A model generated the notes under the pieces. That model ran no database searches. It saw nothing but the letters and a program-made list of their open reading frames with translations, and was not told the DNA's origin. DNA of 33,272 nt from a virus (taxonomy: Duplodnaviria > Caudoviricetes): positions 1-33,272 of IMG/VR virus record IMGVR_UViG_3300012953_005009; one strand, written 5' to 3'. A program made the position numbers and the translations under genes. Every line of letters begins with the position of its first letter. Position 1 is the stretch's first letter. This document shows, one piece after another, positions 1-10,400 of this stretch.

Positions 1-627
1 AATATCACGTGCACGTGCAACACCTACCATAGTGCCGCCACGTCCATGTTCTTTGCGCATCTCCAAACCACGTTTAGCGGCTTCAACCATTCCACTCGTA
101 GGTTTAAATGAATCAGGAAAGCTATCACTAGATTTAGCAGAAACTAATCCGCCGCCTGGCATCGTTTCAATACCAGATACTCCTCTACCACGAAGTTTTT
201 CCCAATGCTTTCTATCAGATACAACTCTTCTTGTCGGCCTAGAAGCTCTTAATATCCTAGAACCTCCAACACCCGCATGCGCACGTGCTGCATTAAACTC
301 TTCTGGGGTACCACAAGGAAACCAAACACCTTGTTTAGACATATGTGCTCCAGAGCAACCCAGTTTTACAGCTTCTCTAGATGCTGTGTCTTCAGAACCA
401 AAAGCTCCTTTAGGAAGCTTCTGATTTGCTTTCTCACTTTGTCGTTTCTTCCACTCTCTAAACTCAGGATTACCAAGCTCAAGAAGTTTATTTAGGTCTT
501 TTTCCGACTCACATGGTCCCCAAGCATCACCAACTTTATGTGATCCAGAGCAACCTAACATCTCTGAAAGTTTTTCAGCTAGCTCCTTCGTCGGAACCGT
601 CTGGCCCTCTAGGGGGTTCTTGGCCAC
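1..627 (-). CDS. Head-module protein with two GCxGxH...PC modules; partial, runs off the window; missing from the ORF track
   Basis: Hand translation shows a GTG at 627 behind an AAGGAG RBS and an open frame to position 1. It reads ...ELAEKLSEMLGCSGSHKVGDAWGPC...FGSEDTASREAVKLGCSGAHMSKQGVWFPC...FKPTSGMVEAAKRGLEMRKEHGRGGTMVGVARARDI. Confidence 0.85.
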   Translation of the reverse strand, partial: MAKNPLEGQTVPTKELAEKLSEMLGCSGSHKVGDAWGPCESEKDLNKLLELGNPEFREWKKRQSEKANQKLPKGAFGSEDTASREAVKLGCSGAHMSKQGVWFPCGTPEEFNAARAHAGVGGSRILRASRPTRRVVSDRKHWEKLRGRGVSGIETMPGGGLVSAKSSDSFPDSFKPTSGMVEAAKRGLEMRKEHGRGGTMVGVARARDI

Positions 628-1201
628 GCTGATCTCCTTCCCTTGTCTGCTGTACGGCAGTAAAGCCATAGTCTTCTGGTTTTATGTCTTTACCTGCTCT
701 TAAAATTGCATTTATATACTTTTTATTATTTTTTTCTTTAGCGTCTTTTAATAAGCCATATAAGCCCTTAGTTATACTCAACAAAGTTTCTGGAGAAGGC
801 TCAGATAACGGTTGATCAATTTCTCTTGAAGCAACAAACATCATGTACCTGATTTTATTTAAGTCATTATAAGAGAGTATTTTAGGATTCTTTGCGGGAA
901 ACATCACTATATAATCATTAAGTTCATTCAAAGACATACCTTCAAGTTCTTGATCGGCAACAGCTTGATCAGCATTGTACTGATTTATTTTATCTACACT
1001 CTTAACGTAGGGAACTCGTTTGATTTCCTTCATCTGTGGAAAAGCCGCTTTCAAATTATTCAAAGAATATGATTCTCCGTAAATACCTTTATACTCATTT
1101 ACCATCTTAGATACAGGGTTTTTAACTGAAAATTTACCAGTCACATCATCTTGAACTTCAACAACTAAAATGTTTTTACCAGTTAAATTGTAGTACTTCA
1201 T
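575..1201 (-). CDS. Hypothetical protein (208 aa)
   Basis: ORF track. Start is coupled to the upstream small ORF by an ATGA overlap. No recognisable motif. Confidence 0.8.
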   Translation of the reverse strand: MKYYNLTGKNILVVEVQDDVTGKFSVKNPVSKMVNEYKGIYGESYSLNNLKAAFPQMKEIKRVPYVKSVDKINQYNADQAVADQELEGMSLNELNDYIVMFPAKNPKILSYNDLNKIRYMMFVASREIDQPLSEPSPETLLSITKGLYGLLKDAKEKNNKKYINAILRAGKDIKPEDYGFTAVQQTREGDQRGQEPPRGPDGSDEGAS

Positions 1202-1365
1202 GACTTAGCCTTTCCAGCCGTCATAGCTTTAATGATTCCTGTAACAAAGTCTAGCTTTTCGTCTTCTGACATGTTGTCTTCCCATTGCTCTCTAGAGGGC
1301 AGCTTGACATAACCTAAATCAATCTTTTCATAAATTGTTTCTTCTTCTTTTTGTTCTTCTGCCAT
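1198..1365 (-). CDS. Small hypothetical protein (55 aa); missing from the ORF track
   Basis: GGTAGGA RBS, then MAEEQKEEETIYEKIDLGYVKLPSREQWEDNMSEDEKLDFVTGIIKAMTAGKAKS*. Its TGA overlaps the next ATG. Confidence 0.8.
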   Translation of the reverse strand: MAEEQKEEETIYEKIDLGYVKLPSREQWEDNMSEDEKLDFVTGIIKAMTAGKAKS

Positions 1366-1391
1366 TGTTTTCCTACCGTTCTTTACCTATT

Positions 1392-1420
1392 ATACTACCC
1401 GTCATGCTATGTTTTGTCAA
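1392..1420 (-). promoter_or_regulatory. Sigma-70/sigma-A-type promoter
   Basis: TTGACA-N17-TAGTAT, with an overlapping TATAAT, directly after the giant gene's stop codon. Confidence 0.65.
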
Positions 1421-1421
1421 A

Positions 1422-4400
1422 TTATTCTTCGCCTACAACATCATCAACTTGTTCAGTTAAGGGAGTAACTTTAATTGTTATTTGACTTTTAGCGTCCTCA
1501 AATGCTTCTTCAAGAAATGCTATTCTTTGGCCTCGGTTGTCAAAATCTGATCTTGGTGCTAGTGCATCTAAGATGCGATTTACCGCTGCGCTACCAGAAC
1601 CTTCTTGCGCTTTCTCTGCAGCGTTTCTTATATCTGAAATGTTAACCGCAATTTCTCCATTCGCCTCTACAACTTCCTCAATTATTGAGTCTAACTCTTC
1701 TCTTAAAGCGTCGCCTTCTAAAACATCTGCATCTAAGGATCTAAGAACTGGTTTAACTACTGGAGCTGTTGGGGCTTCCTCAACTGCTTCAGGAGTCGGA
1801 TCAGCGCCACCCGCTATATTTGCTCGCACTCCTTTAACATGCTCAATAAGCTCTTCTCTATCACGAATGCCCCTTCTTTGATCATTCTCTAAGTTTCTTT
1901 GTATGTTGTCTAAGTAGTTGTCTAACTTCTCGTTATAAGCACGTGACCCTTGCTGATCTCTTCGGCTACCCGGTAAAACCATATTTGTTTCAGGGTCAAC
2001 CAAGTTATCTAACTCTTCTTTAAATTGATCATCGCTTGTAACATCTAATAGCTCTCTCAAACTTAACGGCTCAGTTCTTGCTTTTGATTGCTGTTTAGCA
2101 TCAGCCACGGCTTGCTTATACTCTGAACGGAACTCTTTAGACCTATCAGTAGTCTCATCTAAAAGGTCTGGCTCATTATTGTAGTCAACCTCAGGGAAAG
2201 CATCGTTAAAGTTTCCTGAATCTACATTATCTAAGTCTCCAATAGACTTTTGATTTTGCGCAGCACCTTTCTGCAGTGCCTCGTCAAGGCCCATATCATC
2301 TTTTGAATAGATGTCAACAACATCAAAATGCATGACATCAGTTTCAATGAAATCATCGCTCTCGTCTATAAGGCCGTCTCTGCCAGCTTTAGGTGTCTTT
2401 AAGCTACCATCTGGGTTCTTTATACGTTCTTTTCTAACTTCTCTCCACATTCCTATAGCAACATCCTGATCTAAGTCGCCCAAGTTTGATCGGATCATAG
2501 CATAAACACGCTCTAATTTTTCTTGGTCAACTGAACCATCTGGTTTTATTAACTCTTCGGTCTTGATAACAATTCCTTGACCGTTTCTACCAACTGCCCA
2601 CCCGCTAGTAACATCGGTTCTATCAACAACATTTATTGTTCCTCCACCTTGCGCAACAGCCCGCTTTATAACATTTGACAAATTAGCAGGATTCTTAACA
2701 TAATCTATCTCACTAAAGTTACTCTTCAAAGTAGTCAAAACTTCAGCAGCTGAACGGCCATCAGGTAAATCAGCATAAGCAGGATTATTGGCCATCTCTA
2801 TCAACGCTGCCGAAGTCGGAGCATCAAGGCCAGACAATGGGCCAAACGCAAACATGTCTGTAGCAGACACAAGGGATCTATCGCCATCTGTAAGTCTCTT
2901 AATATTAGCTACAGTATCCAATATGTTGTCTTCATCTACTTTAGCATCCTTAAGTTCCTGTAAAGCTCTAACAGCTTCTTTCGTGGTGTCAGGATAACCT
3001 AACCTATCCAATGCTGCATCAACCGCATCAGGTGAGTTACCATTAAACATTGTCGCCAACAAAACAGATTCGTTTCTATCTATGCTTCTAACTTTGCGTA
3101 AACCATCAAGATCAATATTGGTACCTGGGAATATCTTATTTAACAAACCATGCTTTTCAAGCTCATCAAAGTACCTTCTAGTGCTTGGAACCGAAGCCAA
3201 ACGTCTTTGTAACTCTTTAGCTATTCTAAGAGGGTCAACTTCGCTTAGATCAGCTTCCCGTATTGCTTCTTCAAGATCAGCATCCATTTCGCTGTTACCA
3301 TCATTATTTCCAGTAACAAGCCTTCCTATAGCCCTTAAAGCTCTCAAAGGATCTTGAGAAATTCTTTCTTTCGGATCTCCAATAGCTTTAATTTTCTGAG
3401 GAGCAAGTTGAACTTCACCCACAGCTTCAACTGGATTTCCATCAGCATCAAGAACCTGTCCACCCTCAGGGAAATCATCAGTAACTAAACGCCTCTTTCT
3501 AAGGGAGCCATCACTTTCTACTTCTAAGCCTAAGTCATCTAAAGCACCAACAACATCTATAAATTGTGGATCTGCCGCTGTTCTACTGCCTTCACGTGCG
3601 GCTTCCATTCCATCTGGCGTAAGATCAACTGCTAAACCATTAACAGTTAAGTCTCTACGTGTCATGTCATCTTCAATAGTAGCCCCTGCAGTCGTAAGTG
3701 TTCCGTCTGGAAGCTCTTTTCTCATCGGAGCCATATTTATAACTAGCTCTCTACCAGAAGCTGTGGTCAAGAAATCTTTACCTGTGTACTGTAAATACTC
3801 ATTTCCTTCATTATCTGTTTTAAGGAGTAACGTACCAGTGTTTGGTCTTAAAGATCTAAAGCTTCCATCTGGACCAACTTCAGGAGCGAATCCCATAATC
3901 TCTACCATTTCTTCAATGCTAGCATCTGAAGCCAAATCAACTCTTCCTCGGTCAGGGAACTGGTTAGTCGCCATCATTCTAGCACCATCACCAGTCAAAT
4001 AGAGTTTCTTATCCCCATCAAAGAAACGCCACCTAATTCCACGCTGCCTATATGTTCCATCATCATTTTTCTTACCAATGTCTCGTATTGAGTCAGGCAG
4101 TTGATTTTGTGGACTAAAGATATCAGTAAACCTTCTAAACTTTCCACCAGTTTTAGGGTCTTTAGTTCTTTGCCTCTTAGAGAATGTACCAACTACACGA
4201 TCTTTAAGTCTCTGGAACCTAGACGGCTCAGGGGTAGCAGCATCACCCAAAGTTTCAGTCATATTATCTGCATCTACCGCTTCTTCCCTAACTCTCTCAA
4301 TCCTTTCTCTAGCGCCTTCAGTTCTCTTCAAGGCCTCTAAATAGGACTCAGGAACCTTTAACCTATCTGCAAGCGCAAGATTTTCTCTATCGTCAGTACC

Positions 4401-7400
4401 AATAACTTGATCACGGAACCAAGGTCTAAATACATCGCTATCAGCATCAAGCCCTCTCAAATTAGAACGTTGCTGAACTTCAGGCAGTTCCTGCAACTCG
4501 TTAATAAACGCCTCAAACTCTTGACGTTTTTCATCATCAGACATACCTTCCCTAAACTTAAAGTCGGGAACTGATATAATCTCATCAAATACTTCTTTAG
4601 AATCTCTTGGTGGGGTAGCAGGTGTGCCATCAGACTGAGGTGGAGTTACAGGAGGCGCTGCACGATCAGCTAGCTCATCGGTATCAGCAGCATCAGCAGT
4701 ACCTAGTGACTGCCTAATTTCAGCAGCTACACGGCCACGCTCATAATCACGCTCACGTTGATCAGGAGTCAATCTCCTAGAATAACCCACTTCTATGTTT
4801 CTAGCCTCAACTCTATCTATGCCTAACTCTTCGGCTGCTTCCTCAATGGTATAGCCTTGACGTGTGCGGAGATCCCAAAGTCTTTCTTCTGTTTCCCTTT
4901 GTTCACGTGCTTCATTTGAGAGTCTTGTTCTTCTTTCTCTTCTCTCATCACGGCGTTGACGCTCTGCTTGACGTGCTTCAGCTCTTCGCCTTCTTCTCCT
5001 TAGCCTAGCCTCATATAGCTCGTTAAACTCTGGATTTCGGACCATCTCTCCTGTCTCAGGGTCACGAATTTCCCGTGGAATTCTAGGCTCAGCAGCCTCA
5101 TCGGGTGTTAAGTCGTCACGGCGTACCATTCTACCTTCACGACGTCGTGTATTTAACCTAGCTCTAGCCATAGCCTCATCAAAATCTGCCCTATCTAAAG
5201 TCCTTGCATAATTAACTTCTGCTTGTCTGACCAGACCTCTGTCAACTCCCAAAATATCGGCTGCTTCTTCAACGTCTAAGCCATTTGTTCGTAGATTCCA
5301 AACTCTATTTTGAAAAGAAAGATCATCAGGAGTTGGCGGCGGCGTAGGCGCTCCCCCTGATTCAGGAGCGTTTATTAACCTTAGCGTTTCTTGTATGTCT
5401 GGCAATTCAAGTCTATTAATTGGCACTACGCCTCTTGATTGAGCAGCGTTAGTTATGGCCTCACCAATTGTATCAGGCGCAGCTCCATCAATAGGTATAA
5501 ACTCGCCTGGAAGACGTCTAGAGCCACGTCTATTATAAAGATCTAATAACTCTTCATCGCTCATAGTTCTAAGACGTCTACGTAAAGCTGACATAGCTCT
5601 CTCATCCCATGTGCTTTGCCACCCATTAAATGGACTACCAGCTATACCTACTGCAGCAAGAAGCTCATCTATGCTCATCTCATCGTATCTTCTGTCCAAA
5701 ACTCTTGGATCAAGCCTATCATAGGCCTCTCCTCTAGGACCTCTCGGACTTCTCGGCCTTCTCGGCCTTCTTGTCCTTGATCCTCTATCATTACTTGCGA
5801 CCCTCTCAATAGCGGCTTGTAAACTATTAACCCTATTCTCTAAACTGGTTAGCAAGTCATCCAAACCTGTAATCTCTAACCCGACTGTCGTTCTTTGATT
5901 CACATCCACGTCTGCTTCATCTGCAGGCGTCTCTGGGCTAGGTATTGGAATACCGCCCTGAGTTGTTTGATTAACAAGCTCTTCAAGATTAAAATCTTCA
6001 GGTAAGCCAGCCTGCGGCGCATCTGCAGCAGGGGGTAGCCCATCTTGCTCTACCAAAACTTCTTCAACTTCTGCTCTGTCGGCATCAAAGGCATCTACAC
6101 GCCTTGCTTCAAGGCTAGTGTTTCTAGTAACTCTATCTTCATCTAGCTTAGCTGTAGAAAGTTTTTGCTTATGCTCAGCTTCACGAACTCGGACCTCAAA
6201 CCGATCCATGCCCAATCTTTGAGCGACTTCATCAACACTTAAGCCTTCATCAGTCCGTAGACTATATATTTGCTCGTCTAGATCTGGATTGACTTGGAAT
6301 CCACTTGACTCAACCCACTCACGGACTTGAGGCGCCGTGGGGCTATTACCTGCGGTTATTTCTCTTCTTCCGCCTAAGGCACTAGTAGAAAGCATATTCC
6401 TTCCTTCAGGCCTATTTCTTCGTGCTTTTGTTTCGTCAAGTATCTCAGCAAGATTGCTCATTCTCATCATCAAGTAATCATCACCCGGCACATTAGATTG
6501 CAGGCTAAAAGCAGTTATAAGTTGATCTAAGTCCTCTTCAGTCTCTGCTAAAACCAATGGAGCTGGGGTTGAGCGATCATCAAAGAAATTATAAGCCCCT
6601 TCTAATCTTTCGTCAAACCTAGTTACTGCTTGCAACATTTCAATTGCTTGAGCTCTAGTAATTAAACTGCCGTCAGGATTGGTCCTACCAATTAAAGTTC
6701 CATCTTCAAGTATAGTCGGATCTTGGAATATATTAAAGTCATCATCTTCTGGCCTGTTAACCATGCTGGACAACATTGTTTTAAGTGTATGATTCATAAG
6801 TCTCATGTCCTGAATTTTACCTTGACTAAATGTCATTTCAGAAACTGGAGAAACAGGAAGCCCAACTGCAGACTCAGGAGCCCCAACAGGCGGAGCAGGT
6901 GTAAAATCAGTATCTCTTAAGGCATGAGCTACTGCTCTTTCTACAACTTCTTCGGGCGTCATGCTATTTGCTTGAGCAACCTCAGAAACTTGTTCCATAA
7001 TTGCATCAATGCCCCTTCTTGCAACCTCGTTAGTTCTATCAGTTTGCGCATTAAGTTCATCAAATATTGTAAGCTGTCCAGCTATCTGTGCGTTAGCATC
7101 AGACTCATCATCGTTTTTAAAGAAGTTTGTCCTAAATTTTCTACCCTTGAAAACTTTAGAAAACTTATCAAAGAAATTAGGCGTAGCATCATTATCTGGT
7201 TTAGTTACATCTTTTGAAGCTACTCTTCCAGAAGGAGCGTCTAAAGCGCCTTGTAGAACCTTTTTCAAATTCTCTAAATCTGCTGGAGTATCTACCTCTT
7301 CTATTAAGGAGTCCACATCATCAATTAGTGCCTGAAGCGTAACTTCATCCCCAAGATCAACAGCAATATTGTCTAGAGGATTATCTGTTCCTCTCGTCTC

Positions 7401-10400
7401 TTCAGGGAAATCAGAAGAATTTCTTAATTCGGCAGCAAGGTTAAGTAGGTTAGAAACCTCTTCATCATCTTCACCTAACACGCCTTCATTAGTAAGCTTG
7501 GTGATCACCCTATCAATAGAAGCTGCAGACCTGCTTCGTTCTTCTTCAGTCATCAAAGCCGAATGACGTTTGTCAATAGAGTCTAAACGATTACCATATG
7601 CATCTCTAGGAACATTAGGATTTAATCTTCTTCTAATATCACTAAGCTCAGTTGCCATTTCTCCAGCTATGGCCTGTTCTGGCTCTTCTAACGCTACAGT
7701 TAGATCTGAAACATCTAATTCTAGAGACTCGCTAGCTAGACTAGGAAGACGACGATAATCGCCGTACTCTTCAAAAATTCTTACGTTATCATCACTAACA
7801 GTGTCAAAAGTCCCTAAATTTGCAAGACCGCCAAACGCTGTCATTGCGTTATCTATCTCTGCTTTTACTCTTTCAGGGTCATCAACTCTTCTTTGTGTGT
7901 CAGATCCAGTCATCGCTCTATATAAAGCAGAACTTTTATTAAGATCTCCGTTTGAATCTAATCCAACTAACAGCGAATAAATAGAATATGAATCTGGAAG
8001 GTCATCAACAGACGTATCTGCGGTTAAATTAGCAATACCGTCTTCCAAAGCTCCTTGAAGAATTCTAAGCTCTTCAAGTTTTTCCGGAGTACCCACAATC
8101 GTTAACGCAGCAACATCTGATGGATTAAGATCATCACCTCTGGTTATTTTACTAATTGCCGCATCAGCATCATTTACAATATTGCCAGCTAAGCTAGTAT
8201 TAATGCCAAATTGATTTGTACCCTGTGGGGGTCTTAGACCATACCTAACCCAAGTAGCTTGACCACTATATGCTGTACTACTAACACCAAATGTGGTAAT
8301 TCTATTGCCAACCAAAAATGGTGTTACTCTTTCAACCATTTGTCCGAAAAAACCACCATCAGCAAAACTAATATCTTGATCAACTCCGAGTCTCTGAACA
8401 GGTCTATACCCAGCCGAAAATCCAGCTCCTAGATGAGGATTCCTAGTATCTACATTTAAACCCGCAGTTTCAAAATTAGCTTCTCCGCTTGAGAAATCTA
8501 TATTAAACTGCAGTCCGCCACGTTCCCAATCGTTTCCAGCCCCAGTACCAGTGTAAATTACTTCGCCATTATCTTTTCTACGAAGCTCAAAAGAAAGAAC
8601 TGTATCTACATCTATCCGATCATCGTTATACCGATCTTGCTTTACTATGTTTCTCATAGACATTGGACCATCTGGATCAAATTTAACAAACCGCTCAACC
8701 TCAACAGGCCCATCAGGACCAAGAACCGTAAACGTACCCTTTAACTTAACTCCAGAAGTATTGACAGTGTTACCATCAGCATCGGTAACATCAACATTGC
8801 CAAGCATTTTATTAACAAAATCTTTAATTCTTGCATCCCTTCTGCTGGCAACCGCAGCGCCGCCCAATATACCTTGTCGGAATATATCTTTAGCGGTATC
8901 ACCTACACCCAAATTATTCCAATCTTCATCAGGGGCTACATAAATACCTGTTGATTTATATAGCGCTGCACGGGCAGCGTTGCCCTCAGGAGTATTTGGC
9001 ATAGTTTCACTAACGTTTTTATAGAGAGCTAGTTTTTCTTGATTGCGTAATGCCACAAGCCTACCATGATCTTGCCACGGCACCGTAGCCAAAGCACTAA
9101 CCGATGAAGGTAAATTAGGATTATCTAAAATACTGTCTCGTAGCGTAGCATTTACAGTTGTACCATTTACATAGTTTCTGTACAACGCTTTATCAATTTT
9201 CTGCCGTATTTCAGTACGCTTATTTTGAGCTCTTGCTTTTAGTCTTTTCTTAAAGTTTGTTATACCATACCTAGACTCAAGGCCAAGCGGATTATCTTGA
9301 AGGCTTCGTAAAGTAGCATTGTCTACCTGTGGCTCAGAGTCAGAGTCTCTCCGCATACCCGCCTTGGATAAAAGGTTATTCCTGTCAAAAGTATTTATTC
9401 TACGTAAAGCATCTTCAAACTGTCTAGTGAAATCAGTGATGCCTGCAGGGCTTGCGTCATCATCAGCTATTAAATCACGCATCTCTCTAAACGTATTCAA
9501 CTCCGACATAATTCTAGCGTGTACATTGCGGGCTTTAGCAGAATCTTTATCCACTGGATCATAATCTACATCTGCAACACTTTTAAGAAAATCTACAGCC
9601 ATTTCATCTATTTGATCATCACTTTGATTTCTAAAAAGTGATGAACCTCCAACCGCTCTTGCCTCAACAAGAAGCATCTTTAGGTTATCTCTTGAAATTA
9701 CTGCTTGCTCTTTTACGTCGTTTCTTCTAGCGTTCAAAAAAGGTTCATTAAGAGTTCCATCTTCATTATAAAAAATAGCTGAAGTAATATCTCCTATATC
9801 ATCACTCGTTCTCCGCATGCGCCTACCACGGATAATATTTCTTGACAATCTTTTAAGTTTTTCTGTGCTTGCAGCGTACCTTTGCTGGAGATTTTCCCGA
9901 AGCTCAGCCACCGTTTCTCTAGGCTTTCTTTCAATTCCCGTGTCCGTGGCGTCTCCTCGCCTAATTATCTGGAGTGAAAAATTATCTAACAAATCTTGAA
10001 TTTGCCTACCTGCTCGCTCAACTCTCTCATCAGTACTTGTGTTGTCCGTCAAACGGCCAGCTTCTAAGTTGGCTAATTTCGTTAAGCCTTCCCAAATTCC
10101 TTCAATTTCTCCTCTAGTGCCATTCTCTATAACATCATTTATGTCATTCTTCAAACTGTCTAAAGTATCTCTCGTAGACTGACCACTAAAATATTTTTCT
10201 TGGTCTGGAGTGAGAGAACCTATAGATCTGCGTTGACCAATAGTCCTACCTAAGCTACGCCCTGATCTAGACTCTGTAATGTTTAAAACTTCTTCTAATT
10301 TCTCGTTTAGTCTGGCTATTCCGTTGGATGCTCTATCGGCCTTCTCTTTGCGGCCTCTACCTTTACGACTTATGTTTCTAACAGCATTAGTAGCTTTGCT

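Noticed and set aside
4783-6278. Giant protein as a true sigma factor or virion RNA polymerase
   Set aside because: Only region-4-like HTHs are visible. I recognised no sigma region 2, DxDGD polymerase motif or T7-like polymerase motifs.
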